Below the pieces are notes generated by a model that was given only the letters and a program-made list of their open reading frames with translations, was not told the origin of the DNA and searched no databases. Below, one piece after another: positions 47,500-57,734 of a DNA stretch of 64,000 nt. The translations under genes were made by a program, and so were the position numbers. Within the stretch, counting starts at the first letter, position 1. The number at the start of each line of letters is the position of its first letter. The DNA is from an uncultured Campylobacterales bacterium (GTDB lineage Bacteria > Campylobacterota > Campylobacteria > Campylobacterales > Arcobacteraceae), in contig CAJQLJ010000043.1 of assembly GCA_905479135.1 (NCBI GenBank), positions 3,433 to 67,432 of the forward strand. The letters run 5' to 3'.

Positions 47500-48970
47500 T
47501 TTCTTAAGTATGTTATTTCTTAAGTATTTTATTTTAATAAATATTTTTTTAGTTTCATCATTTTCAAGTATAGAACTTAATCTACCAAAAAATGGGATAA
47601 AGGGTGAGACTTTATTTTTTTCAATCCAAGCAGTAGGAAATAAGATAGTTTTTCCTGATTTTAAAAGTATAAATTCTTACAGTATTCAAGAAGTATCAAG
47701 TACAAGTTCAACAAATATTATCAATAATAATATTACTAAAAGAGTAAAAAAAGTCTACTCTTTAAATCCCACTGAAGATTTTATATTTCCTTCTTTAAAG
47801 TTTGTAGTCGATGGAAAAGAGTATTTTTCTAAAGAACGGAAGATAATTTTAAAGAATGCACAAAAAACTATTTCATCAGACTTTGAACTAAGCATAAAAT
47901 CTGATAAAAAGAAATTATATGTAAATGAAAATTTTATTTTAACATTAATTTTTAAATACAAAAAGAACTTAAATATTATTGATTTATCTTTTGAAAAACC
48001 TAGTTTTGACAATTTTTGGTACAAACAACTTAATAATCCTAAACAATATGAGGAAGGTGAATTTATAGTTCAAGAATTAACTTTTTTGTTAGCTCCTTTA
48101 AAAAAAGGTATACAAATTATAAATCCTTTAAAAATTAATGCACAAATAATAAAAGAGAATAATTCTTTTTCTTTTTTCAATAATAATTCTCAAGCTTTAA
48201 AGATATATTCAAATAATTTAGAACTTCTTATAGAAGAATTGCCTAAAAATACAAATCTAATTGGGAAATTTGACATAAAAACTCTAAGTAACAAAGTTGA
48301 AATAAATCAAGGTGAAGCTATATCTTATAAAATTATCATTAGTGGTCATGGAAATATTGATGATATTAAAGATTTCAAACTTAATTTAAAAGATGCTATT
48401 GTTTATGAAAATAAACCTGTTATTAAAAGTGAATATAAAGACAGTAAATATCAAGGCACATATACAAAAGTATTTTCTATTATTCCAAATAAATCAATAA
48501 CTATTCCTAAAATTGATTTAGAATACTTTGATAAAGATTTGAATGAGATTGTTTTAAAACAAAGTAATGACATAAAAATTAAACTTACAAATGGTAGTAT
48601 TTCAAAAAAATCTAAATTAATAAAGAAAACTGTAGAAAAGAGTAAAGAAAAAGAGATAGTTAAGATTATAGAAAGAGATTCTATTCAAGATAGAATAATA
48701 TTTTTTTTATTCGGTCTTTTAACTGGGATATTAATATTAGGTTTATATTTATATGTTATAAAATACAAGTTAAAAAGTAAATTTTCTGAAACTTCTTTAT
48801 TAAAGAAAATCAAAAAATCAAAAGATAAAGAAGAGTTATTAAAAATTTTAGCTATTTATTTGAGAGTTAATTCTTCTTTAGATGAATTAATTTTTAAACT
48901 GGAAGAAAAAGATGATATAAAATCACTAAAAAAAGATATTATTACAAAAATAAAAGAATTACAATTATAA
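47483..48970 (+). CDS. BatD-family protein
   Basis: Signal/TM segment, repeated beta-rich domains, IG.F.I...G.GN motif, C-terminal TM. True start may be ATG 47510. Confidence 0.8.
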   Translation: MKKESDFLSMLFLKYFILINIFLVSSFSSIELNLPKNGIKGETLFFSIQAVGNKIVFPDFKSINSYSIQEVSSTSSTNIINNNITKRVKKVYSLNPTEDFIFPSLKFVVDGKEYFSKERKIILKNAQKTISSDFELSIKSDKKKLYVNENFILTLIFKYKKNLNIIDLSFEKPSFDNFWYKQLNNPKQYEEGEFIVQELTFLLAPLKKGIQIINPLKINAQIIKENNSFSFFNNNSQALKIYSNNLELLIEELPKNTNLIGKFDIKTLSNKVEINQGEAISYKIIISGHGNIDDIKDFKLNLKDAIVYENKPVIKSEYKDSKYQGTYTKVFSIIPNKSITIPKIDLEYFDKDLNEIVLKQSNDIKIKLTNGSISKKSKLIKKTVEKSKEKEIVKIIERDSIQDRIIFFLFGLLTGILILGLYLYVIKYKLKSKFSETSLLKKIKKSKDKEELLKILAIYLRVNSSLDELIFKLEEKDDIKSLKKDIITKIKELQL

Positions 48971-48981
48971 GGATAAATTAA

Positions 48982-49689
48982 ATGAAAATAGTTATGTTAT
49001 GTTTTATATTGATTAACAGTTTACTTGCAACAGAATATTATGCAAAGTTGGAACCAGTTGAAAGTTTTAAAGTTAAATCTTCAGTTGCAGGGAAAGTAGT
49101 TTTTTCTAACAGTAATATTGAAGGTTCACAAGCTAATAATTCAATAATAATTGAATTAGATTCAGAAATAAATAAATTAGATTTAGAACAATCAGAAAAT
49201 AAATTAGAATTTATTAATGAAATGATCACTATTGAAACAAATAATTACAACAGGTTAAAAAAAGTTTCTTCTAAATCCGCTTTTGAAAAAGATACTCAAA
49301 AATTAAAAATAATAAATTTACAATCATCAAAAGCAGATATGATAATAAAGATTGAAAATTTAAAAGATACGATAAGAAATAAAAAGTTAATAGAGAATTC
49401 AAATTACATTTCAATGATTTCAGTAAAGGAAGGAGATTATGTAAATCCTGGAACTTTACTTTATGAATCAAAAGATTTATCAAAAGCAAAATTAGAAATT
49501 TTCGTACCTATAATGGAAACTAAAAACTTAAAAGAAAAAGAAGTTTATCTTGATGGTGTGAAAAGTGATATTAAAATTAATAAGATTTACAATATTGCTG
49601 ATACTCAAAATATTTCTTCATATAAGGTAGAACTTTTAGTACCAGATGTAAAAACTTTTTCTAGATTGGTAAAAATTGAATTTAAGTAA
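48982..49689 (+). CDS. HlyD/membrane-fusion-like periplasmic adaptor
   Basis: Signal peptide; split lipoyl-like motifs (KSSVAGKV; VKEGDYVNPG) around a coiled coil. Confidence 0.8.
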   Translation: MKIVMLCFILINSLLATEYYAKLEPVESFKVKSSVAGKVVFSNSNIEGSQANNSIIIELDSEINKLDLEQSENKLEFINEMITIETNNYNRLKKVSSKSAFEKDTQKLKIINLQSSKADMIIKIENLKDTIRNKKLIENSNYISMISVKEGDYVNPGTLLYESKDLSKAKLEIFVPIMETKNLKEKEVYLDGVKSDIKINKIYNIADTQNISSYKVELLVPDVKTFSRLVKIEFK

Positions 49690-51382
49690 TAAAGTAGCAT
49701 GTCCCTTGGACTGTTATGATGCTTGTCAAGCAGAAGTAATAGAAGAGAATATAAAAGGTTCAAAAGATAATCTTGTAACTAATGGTAAGCTGTGTGTTAA
49801 TTTTGCACAATTACTAAAAGAAAATAATTTAAAAACTCCGATTTTTAATAATCAAGAAATCTCATTAGATGAATCTTTAAAAATATTAAGCAAGAAGTTA
49901 AAAGATACTAATTCTTCCAATACATTATTTTATTCAGGAAGTGGAAACTTAGGAATTTTACAAAGCTCTACAAAAAACTTTTTTACACAATATGGTTCTG
50001 TACTAACAAAAGGAAGTTTATGTGATGGAGGTGGAGGATTAGGAATTGAACAAGGCAGAGTTTCTGTAGTTAATCCTCCTATTGAAAAATTAATAGACTC
50101 TGATATTATTTTAGTTTGGGGACGAAACTTTTCTGTTACATCACCTCATATGTATAATTTAGTAAAAGATAAAATATTTGTTACTATTGATCCAATAAAA
50201 ACTGATATTGCTAAAAAATCAAAAATACATATGCAAATTAATCCTAAAACAGACTATGAATTAGCACTATTATTAACACGATTTACAAATATGCAGGACA
50301 TGGAAGATGAAGAATTCTTAGAAGAACATAGTGAAGGTTCAGATTGGTTTTTTGATATTACTAGGAACCGTCCTGTTGTTTCTTATGAAGCAACTACTGG
50401 AATACCATTGTCTCAAGTTAATGAATTATTAGAATTAATTGAGAATAAAAAAGTAGCAATAATTGTAGGTCTTGGTGTTCAAAAGTACTTTGAAGGTGCA
50501 CAGATTATGAGATGTATTGATTCTTTTGCTGCATATTTAGGTGTTCATAAAAAAGATTCAGGCGGCGTTTGGTACTTGAGTGATTCAGAATATGGATATG
50601 AAAATCAATTGAAAATTGAAGCTAAAAATAAAAAAGTCTCAATTCCTCAGGTTGATTTTTCTTCTTATGACTTGGTATTTATTCAAGGAGCAAACCCAGT
50701 TGTTTCAGCTCCAAATACAAAGAGTGTCATCGAAGGATTAAAAAATAGCTTTGTAGTTTGTTTTACTACTACATATAATGATACTTGTGAATATGCTGAT
50801 TTAGTTATTCCATCATCATCTTTTCTTTCTAAAAGAGATGTAAGATTATCATATGGACACGAATATAAAGCTTTTTCACAAATAGTTGAAAATGCTTATG
50901 AAAACACAATAAATGAATATGATCTAACTACATACTTGATAGAAGAGTTTGGTTTTAAAGCTTTGAAACATGAAGATGATATTATTAATTATTATAAAAA
51001 TACAAATGTAGTTTATGAAGAATTTGAAACTTTTGAATTTATAGAAGAAGTAGATATTGAACCTTTATATAAGCATAAAACTTCATCGAATTTTTATTTG
51101 ATTACAGGTAAGAGTAAAAATTCTTTAAATTCACAATTTACAGTTGATAATAATGTATATTTACATCCAAGTACTGGTTTTAAAAATGAAGATAAAGTTA
51201 TGATTAAATCAGCTTACGGTGAAGCTACATTTTCTGTAAAAATAAGCGAAGACATAAAAGAAGAATGTGCTTTTTTTTACGCAGGAAATAAAAAAACAAA
51301 TTACTTAACACCAAATAAAGAAGATGAAGAATCTTTTTCTGCAATGTTCCAAGAGGTTTTAATAGAAATTGAATTATCGTAA
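49676..51382 (+). CDS. Molybdopterin oxidoreductase family protein
   Basis: CPLDCYDAC...LC Fe-S motif, SLC Mo-ligand position, WGRN, GANP, ADLVIP, LNSQF. Confidence 0.88.
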   Translation: MNLSNKVACPLDCYDACQAEVIEENIKGSKDNLVTNGKLCVNFAQLLKENNLKTPIFNNQEISLDESLKILSKKLKDTNSSNTLFYSGSGNLGILQSSTKNFFTQYGSVLTKGSLCDGGGGLGIEQGRVSVVNPPIEKLIDSDIILVWGRNFSVTSPHMYNLVKDKIFVTIDPIKTDIAKKSKIHMQINPKTDYELALLLTRFTNMQDMEDEEFLEEHSEGSDWFFDITRNRPVVSYEATTGIPLSQVNELLELIENKKVAIIVGLGVQKYFEGAQIMRCIDSFAAYLGVHKKDSGGVWYLSDSEYGYENQLKIEAKNKKVSIPQVDFSSYDLVFIQGANPVVSAPNTKSVIEGLKNSFVVCFTTTYNDTCEYADLVIPSSSFLSKRDVRLSYGHEYKAFSQIVENAYENTINEYDLTTYLIEEFGFKALKHEDDIINYYKNTNVVYEEFETFEFIEEVDIEPLYKHKTSSNFYLITGKSKNSLNSQFTVDNNVYLHPSTGFKNEDKVMIKSAYGEATFSVKISEDIKEECAFFYAGNKKTNYLTPNKEDEESFSAMFQEVLIEIELS

Positions 51383-52550
51383 GCTTTTTGCTGAACATAA
51401 AATAATTCGTGATTTATCTTTAGTGCAATTCATTGCATATTTTGGAGCATGGTTTTCAAATGTTGCAATTTACACAATGCTTGTAAATTTTGGCTCTTCT
51501 GAATTAGCAATTGCTACAGTAACTGCTATGCATTTTTTACCTGCTGTTTTAATAGCACCTTTTTCAGGTGCTATAATAGATAGATTTAAGATAAAACCTT
51601 TAATGCTTTCATTATTAGTTGTAGAATTTATAATGACTTTACTTTTTTTAACAATTGAAAATGAGAGTCAAATATGGCTTTTAATGATATTTATATTCAT
51701 TAGAATGAGTGCTGCATCTATATTCTTTTCAACAGAAATGTCACTTTTAGCAAAACTTTTAAATGGAGTTACTTTACAAAAAGCCAATGAAATACATTCT
51801 ATTATATGGTCATTTTGTTATGCAGCAGGAATGGCAGTTGGTGCAATTATTGTTAATTTCATAGGAATTAAAGCAGCTTTTATTATTGACTCATTATTTT
51901 TTCTTGCAGCTTTTATAGTTTTTTTCAGAATAGATTTTGTTGTAAAGGCAAGTATTGCTCAAGATAAGATGTTTACTTTAATAAAAGATGGTTTTATATA
52001 TATTAAAGAGAATAGAATTATTATGCATTTAATCATTTTACATGCGAGTGTTGGATTAACTTCTTTTGATACACTAATAACTCTACTAGCTAAAAGTGAA
52101 TATAAATATGTTATTTCTGTACCCTTAGCTATTGGAATATCAAATGCTACTAGAGCAATAGCTTTAATGATTGGGCCTTTCTTTATTTCAAAATATGTTA
52201 ATAAAAATAACTTACATTATTTATTGATTCTTCAAGGAATGATGATAATAATTTGGGGATTAACACAGTTTAATTTTTATCTTTCTCTTATATCTTTATT
52301 CTTTGTAGGTCTTTTTACTACGGTACTTTGGTCTTTTACATATGCTTTACTTCAAGATAAATGTGATGAAAAATATATGGGTCGTGTAATATCATATAAT
52401 GATATGTTTTTTATGATTTCATGTATTGTAACTACCTTATTTATCGGATTAATGGCAAGTTTAACTTCCCTTGCTATAATTACCATTCTATTAGGCCTAG
52501 GTTTTGTTATTTTTGCCTATTACTATACTAGGATATTAAAATGGATATAA
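51369..52550 (+). CDS. MFS transporter
   Basis: About 12 TM helices; G.IIDRF motif; MGRV.S. Confidence 0.93.
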   Translation: MNYRKLFAEHKIIRDLSLVQFIAYFGAWFSNVAIYTMLVNFGSSELAIATVTAMHFLPAVLIAPFSGAIIDRFKIKPLMLSLLVVEFIMTLLFLTIENESQIWLLMIFIFIRMSAASIFFSTEMSLLAKLLNGVTLQKANEIHSIIWSFCYAAGMAVGAIIVNFIGIKAAFIIDSLFFLAAFIVFFRIDFVVKASIAQDKMFTLIKDGFIYIKENRIIMHLIILHASVGLTSFDTLITLLAKSEYKYVISVPLAIGISNATRAIALMIGPFFISKYVNKNNLHYLLILQGMMIIIWGLTQFNFYLSLISLFFVGLFTTVLWSFTYALLQDKCDEKYMGRVISYNDMFFMISCIVTTLFIGLMASLTSLAIITILLGLGFVIFAYYYTRILKWI

Positions 52551-52765
52551 ATGAAAAGATATTACTTCTTGCAATATTAAAGAAAAAAGAAGATGAAACA
52601 TTAATGGATATTGTTATGACTTTGGAAAATACTCAGCTTTTTACACTTAAAGAAGGCAAGAAATTACTTAAAAAATTAAAAACAGAAGAATTTATTACTG
52701 ATGGTTTTCTAACATTAAAAGGTGATTTAATTGCAAAAGAAGTTGAACAAGAATTTAAAATATAA
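52541..52765 (+). CDS. Small hypothetical protein (possible winged-helix)
   Basis: 74 aa, AGGA SD, LT.KG motif near the C-terminus. Confidence 0.7.
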   Translation: MDINEKILLLAILKKKEDETLMDIVMTLENTQLFTLKEGKKLLKKLKTEEFITDGFLTLKGDLIAKEVEQEFKI

Positions 52766-52791
52766 TATTAAACAAAAGATAAGGGAAATAA

Positions 52792-53355
52792 ATGATTTTA
52801 GACTATAAAGATATCAATGACTTAAATAGATATAAAATAATGTCAGATACTGTTATTCCAAGACCAATTGCTTGGATTGTTACTGAGGATGAAGGTATCC
52901 TAAATGCAGCTCCTTTCTCATATTTTATACCTATTTCAACAAATCCTGCTTTGATTATTGTAGCAATTGGTGAAAAGGAAGAAGGTGTACCAAAAGATAC
53001 ATTAGCAAATATTCTAAAAAATAAAAAAGCTACTATATGTTTTGTTAACAAAGATAATGCAAATCAAGTAAAAAAGTGTGCAATACCTTTAGAAAAAGAA
53101 GTAAGTGAAATAGACAAGTTTGAAATAGATGTAAATAATGTGATGGATAATTATCCACCAATGATTAGCTCATCTCAAAGTGCTTTATTATGTGAATATT
53201 ATGACACTGTTAATATTCCTGGTGTTACAACTCCAGTTATTTTAGAAATCAAGCATCAATATTTAGATGATGGTAGACTAGATGAAAAGTCTCATGTAAA
53301 TGTAGAAAATATTGGAAGGTGTGGTGCTACATTTAAAGCTTTAGTAGATTTATAA
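52792..53355 (+). CDS. Flavin reductase family protein
   Basis: VIPRPIAWI.T, NAAPFSYF, KDTLANI. Confidence 0.92.
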   Translation: MILDYKDINDLNRYKIMSDTVIPRPIAWIVTEDEGILNAAPFSYFIPISTNPALIIVAIGEKEEGVPKDTLANILKNKKATICFVNKDNANQVKKCAIPLEKEVSEIDKFEIDVNNVMDNYPPMISSSQSALLCEYYDTVNIPGVTTPVILEIKHQYLDDGRLDEKSHVNVENIGRCGATFKALVDL

Positions 53356-53373
53356 TATCTATATATAATATTT

Positions 53374-53406
53374 CTAAATTAAAAGGCTTTATTCCTTTTA
53401 ATTTAG
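53374..53406. terminator. Bidirectional terminator
   Basis: CTAAATTAAAAGG-ctttatt-CCTTTTAATTTAG between convergent genes. Confidence 0.8.
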
Positions 53407-53407
53407 T

Positions 53408-54244
53408 TTATTTTACAACTTGATGTAGTTTTGAGCACTTAGAAAGAAAAGTGTCCATTCCACACATATCATTATAAATATCATCAAATGAATGGAAATG
53501 GGCATCATAAACATAAACAAAAATTTCATCATTTTTTTTCAAAAAGTTTTTCTTACCAAAATCTGCATATGCCGTCGCTCCTGCAGCAATTAAAATACCT
53601 TTTGCATCTTTTGCTGCAACTTCTAAAAATTGAGTCAACTCTTCTAAGGGTCCACAATCTTCTTGAGTATTTAGTTTTTCTATCATCCATGTCTTTAATT
53701 GCTCAAAGAAATAGCTATAAGACTTCACAGAGCTTGTTGTTCCATAGTCGTGAACAATGCCATCTCTTTTAATAAATGACGCTATATGATATCTATTTAA
53801 AATACCATTTTGTGTGAAATTATCTATTTTAATAATGTCTTGAGAGATACCTTTTGTATTAATTCCCCAGTTTTTTTTAGTACTAAGCTTATTTCCATCT
53901 TGAATTCTAATAGAACAGTCATTAAAAGCAGAAAAATATCTAGGAACAATATCAACTATCTTTTCATTTTTATAAACAAAATCACAAATTAAAGCAACTT
54001 CAGCTTCAACTTGTAAATTATCTTCTTCTCTTCCATGTGTTAATATAACTTCATCACATATGGGGTAGGTACTTAAAAATGAGTTATGATCTTTTATATA
54101 AAAAGGAAACATACCTTTAGGTGCATTCTTTTCTTCTGTTTTAATTACTGCAAATTCATTAGCTTCGCCAGCCTCACCTAAGTGGTTTGCAAAATTTCCA
54201 GCAACTGCAAAACCTAAATAATCTTTTAAATTTTCTAATAACAT
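53408..54244 (-). CDS. DUF5718-family protein with FAH-superfamily-like motifs
   Basis: G.AVAGNFA.HL..AGEA and APKG.FPFY N-terminus; EAEVAL, NDCSIR, KKNW. Confidence 0.75.
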   Translation of the reverse strand: MLLENLKDYLGFAVAGNFANHLGEAGEANEFAVIKTEEKNAPKGMFPFYIKDHNSFLSTYPICDEVILTHGREEDNLQVEAEVALICDFVYKNEKIVDIVPRYFSAFNDCSIRIQDGNKLSTKKNWGINTKGISQDIIKIDNFTQNGILNRYHIASFIKRDGIVHDYGTTSSVKSYSYFFEQLKTWMIEKLNTQEDCGPLEELTQFLEVAAKDAKGILIAAGATAYADFGKKNFLKKNDEIFVYVYDAHFHSFDDIYNDMCGMDTFLSKCSKLHQVVK

Positions 54245-54379
54245 TTATGATTTTCCTGAACTATTTTATAGTTAAATATAACATTAATTGTTTTTATTAA
54301 CGTCAAGTATTAAAGATACTTTTTTAATCTAAGGATAGTTTTATAGTAAGTATTTTTGTAAGGATTAAAAATTAAGTAA

Positions 54380-54409
54380 TAATTATAAAGGCTAAAGCCT
54401 TTATAATTA
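54380..54409 (-). terminator. Terminator after fumarase
   Basis: TAATTATAAAGGCT-aa-AGCCTTTATAATTA inverted repeat overlapping the stop codon. Confidence 0.75.
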
Positions 54410-55900
54410 AATTGTTCTCCATTTAGCAGGTCCAGTAGTGTGTATTGAAACACCCTCTGTATCAACTGCAACAGTAACAGGCATATCAACTACATCAAAC
54501 TCATAAATAGCTTCCATTCCCATTTCTTCAAATGCAAGAACTTTTGCATCTTTAATTGATTGAGAAATTAAATATGCAGCTCCACCAGTAGCAATTAAGT
54601 ACATTGATTTATACTCTTTAATTAAATCAATAGTTGGTTGCTTTCTCTCAGCTTTACCAATCATACCCATGATTCCAATTTCCATCATATCTTTAGTGAA
54701 TTTATCCATTCTTGTTGATGTAGTAGGACCTGCTGGTCCAACTTTTTCATCCCTTACTGGATCAACTGGTCCAACATAATAAATAAATCTATCTTTTAAA
54801 TCAACACCATTTGGAAGTGGTTTATTTGCATTTTTGTACTCAACAATTTTTTTGTGAGCAGCATCTCTTGCAGTTAAAATTTTTCCAGTTAATAATAAAG
54901 TATCTCCTGATTTAAATTGAGATAAGTTCTCTTTTGTTAAATCTTCGATATTTACTTTTTTTATAGAATCTAATGGTAATTCAATATCTGGCCATATGCT
55001 TAAATCTGGTTTAGCAAATGTAGCTGCTCCCTCACCACCTTTTAATTTAAAGTGAATATGTCGTGTAGCTGCACAGTTAGGAATCATCGCAACTGGTAAT
55101 GATGCTGCATGACAAGGGTAATCTAAAATCTTAACATCTACTACAGTTGTTAATCCTCCAAGTCCTTGAGCTCCAATACCAATTTTATTTATATCTGTAT
55201 AAAGTCTTAATCTTAATTCTTCTAAAGCATTTTTTGGACCTCTTGCTTGTAGTTCATGAATATCAACATGACCCATTAAAGATTCTTTTGCTAAAAGCAT
55301 TGATTTCTCTGGATTTCCACCAATACCAATACCTAAAATACCAGGTGGACACCAACCAGCACCCATTTCTCTAACATTTGCCATAACCCAGTCATAAACT
55401 GAATCACTTGGATTTAACACTGCAAATTTAGATTTGTTTTCACTTCCACCACCTTTTGCAGCAACTGTAATATCTATTTCATCTGAATTATCAACAGTAA
55501 CATGAATAACAGCTGGAGTGTTATCTTTAGTATTTGTTCTTGCACCTGCTGGATCTGAAACAACTGAGTATCTTAATGTATTATCAGGATTAGTATAACC
55601 TTTTGCAACACCTTCATTTAATACATCTACAAGTTCTTTTGTAATTTCTAAATTTGCTTTTAAACCAACTCTTACAAAAATATTAACACTTCCTGTATCT
55701 TGACATAATGGTCTATGTCCTAAAGCACACATTTTTGAGTTAATTAAAATTTGCCCTAGTGCATTCTTTGCAGCTTCTGATTGTTCGTTTTCATAAGCTT
55801 CAACTATAGATTTTACAAAATCTTCTGGGTGAAAATATGAAATATACTGACATGCGTCAGCTATACTATCTATTATATCTTGTTCTTTTATTACGCTCAT
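54407..55900 (-). CDS. Class I (Fe-S) fumarate hydratase
   Basis: CQDTG, KGGGSENKS, GAGWCPP, NCAATRH, RDAAH, GPTTSTRM. ATG at 55900 with AAGGGA SD. Confidence 0.96.
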   Translation of the reverse strand: MSVIKEQDIIDSIADACQYISYFHPEDFVKSIVEAYENEQSEAAKNALGQILINSKMCALGHRPLCQDTGSVNIFVRVGLKANLEITKELVDVLNEGVAKGYTNPDNTLRYSVVSDPAGARTNTKDNTPAVIHVTVDNSDEIDITVAAKGGGSENKSKFAVLNPSDSVYDWVMANVREMGAGWCPPGILGIGIGGNPEKSMLLAKESLMGHVDIHELQARGPKNALEELRLRLYTDINKIGIGAQGLGGLTTVVDVKILDYPCHAASLPVAMIPNCAATRHIHFKLKGGEGAATFAKPDLSIWPDIELPLDSIKKVNIEDLTKENLSQFKSGDTLLLTGKILTARDAAHKKIVEYKNANKPLPNGVDLKDRFIYYVGPVDPVRDEKVGPAGPTTSTRMDKFTKDMMEIGIMGMIGKAERKQPTIDLIKEYKSMYLIATGGAAYLISQSIKDAKVLAFEEMGMEAIYEFDVVDMPVTVAVDTEGVSIHTTGPAKWRTI

Positions 55901-56015
55901 TTGTTTCCCTTTTTGCTTAGAAATTTGTATATTATACCAATGCACAAATGAAAGTGCACTTTCTTTGATAGAATAATTTATTTTTTACTTTGTCATGTTT
56001 AGTTTTGTTATATAT

Positions 56016-56645
56016 TTAATTTTTTATTATGATGTCTGCTTCTTTTGAATTTTCTATTATTTCTTTTGAATTTAAAATATCATTATTTTTTATCTTTTCA
56101 ATTGCTTCATTTTTTGTGTAACCATAATAAAGCCAACGTTCTAAAAGTCTTTTTTCTATTTCTTTAATTTCTATATCAAGCATAATGCTTAAATCCCAAT
56201 ATTCATCTAAACTAGACCAAATAGGTTTATTAAGAAGTAAATAATTTCCTTCAACTATCACAAAATCAAGATCTTTCTTAATCTCTAAAGCTTGTGCAAT
56301 TGACATGTCTAACTCTCTATTAAAAATTGGAACTATCACGTCTTCTTCTTTTGTTAAGCGCTTAATTAAAGATAAAAAACCATCTGCATCAAAAGTTTGA
56401 TAAGAACCTTTTCTAGAAAGTAATTCTTTATTTATAAGTATTTTATTATCTAAATGAAATCCATCCATGGGAATAACTTCACATTTATAATTCTTATTAA
56501 TTAAATATTTTGAAAGTTGATTTGAAAATGTAGATTTACCAGAAGCTGGAGTTCCAGTTATTGATATTAGAATTCTTTTTTTATTTTTTAGAAGTTTTTT
56601 TAGTTGATTAAAAATAAGATTGAAATTGTTTTCATTTTGATACAT
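56016..56645 (-). CDS. P-loop kinase, YggC/FrcK (uridine/pantothenate-kinase-like) family
   Basis: GTPASGKST, PMDGFH, RKG...TFD, VEGNYLLL...W. ATG at 56645 with AAGG SD. Confidence 0.88.
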   Translation of the reverse strand: MYQNENNFNLIFNQLKKLLKNKKRILISITGTPASGKSTFSNQLSKYLINKNYKCEVIPMDGFHLDNKILINKELLSRKGSYQTFDADGFLSLIKRLTKEEDVIVPIFNRELDMSIAQALEIKKDLDFVIVEGNYLLLNKPIWSSLDEYWDLSIMLDIEIKEIEKRLLERWLYYGYTKNEAIEKIKNNDILNSKEIIENSKEADIIIKN

Positions 56646-56667
56646 TTTAAACCTTATTTGTAAAATA

Positions 56668-56696
56668 GAAAAAACAAAAGGCAAAGCCCTTTGTTT
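56668..56696 (-). terminator. Intrinsic terminator ending the CitE/Mch operon
   Basis: Minus strand AAACAAAGGGC-ttt-GCCTTTTGTTT then TTTT; the G-U pair forms only on the minus strand. Confidence 0.8.
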
Positions 56697-56702
56697 AAAA
56701 GA

Positions 56703-57686
56703 TTAAGAGAAGAATCTGTCTTGAACTCTATCTTGTAATTTTGTTCCAGAGAATTTTGCTCTTTGAACTAGTTCCCAGAAATATCTGTAAGTTGCTCTAT
56801 CATGTAACTCACCATCATATTGTATTGGTCCCCATTCAGCATCTTGTGCAGCAATTAAAATATTTTGTGCAGCTTCTAATTCTGTAAAGTCTGGTTTCAT
56901 TGCATCAACAATTGCTGACACTTGTGTTGGATAAATTGACCACATTCTTAAGAATCCGAACTCATTTCTTGCTTTTTCAGCATCTTTGTAAGTTTGGTAT
57001 GGGTTTTTTAAATCAAGTGTAACATTGTGACAAGGAATAATGTGGTTTTGTAAAGCAGCTTGAACAACTTTAGCTTTAGCAGCAGCAATTAATCTGTGAT
57101 CAAATTGACCAGGAGATCTCATATTTGAAGCTGGAATTGCACCTTGGTAACCAGAAACAAAGTCCATTAAACCAAAGTCAAGAACTTGTACCCATGGTAA
57201 AGTAGCAGTTTTTTCAACATCCATTAAAGCACCATGTGTTTCAATTAGAACGTGAATTGGAATTTCTCTAGAAATACCAGCTTTCTTAGCTGCTTCTTGA
57301 ATATATTCAACTTGAGTTTTAGCATCTTCATAAGAAGTTGATTTAGGAATAGTAATATATGCTAATTTTTCACCAGCACCTGGTACTAAAATATCAATAT
57401 CTTGTCTCCAATCTGGATGATCAAAATCATGGATTCTTGTTCCTGCCATTGCATATTTATTAGCTTCAGAGTTAACAACTCTTACAATCATTTCTGCATG
57501 CTCAACTTCTTTACCTGTTTCAGCACCATCTTCACAATCACAAGTAATATCAAAAACAGGACCAAGCTTTTCTTGCATTTGGAAACCTTTTAAGATTAAC
57601 TTTTCGCTTCCAGCAAAGTGCTCACAAGATGGGATAATTGGTAAATTGTCTCCAGAACCAAATAGGGCTTCGTTAGGGTGTGTCAT
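56703..57686 (-). CDS. CitE/malyl-CoA lyase family enzyme
   Basis: DCEDG, TRIH, IPK, LIETH, FGLMDF, WSIYP.Q, LHD; metal and catalytic residues intact. Confidence 0.9.
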   Translation of the reverse strand: MTHPNEALFGSGDNLPIIPSCEHFAGSEKLILKGFQMQEKLGPVFDITCDCEDGAETGKEVEHAEMIVRVVNSEANKYAMAGTRIHDFDHPDWRQDIDILVPGAGEKLAYITIPKSTSYEDAKTQVEYIQEAAKKAGISREIPIHVLIETHGALMDVEKTATLPWVQVLDFGLMDFVSGYQGAIPASNMRSPGQFDHRLIAAAKAKVVQAALQNHIIPCHNVTLDLKNPYQTYKDAEKARNEFGFLRMWSIYPTQVSAIVDAMKPDFTELEAAQNILIAAQDAEWGPIQYDGELHDRATYRYFWELVQRAKFSGTKLQDRVQDRFFS

Positions 57687-57734
57687 ATTATTTCCTTTTG
57701 TTAAATTTAATTTATTAATTCTTTGTCTTCTTTT

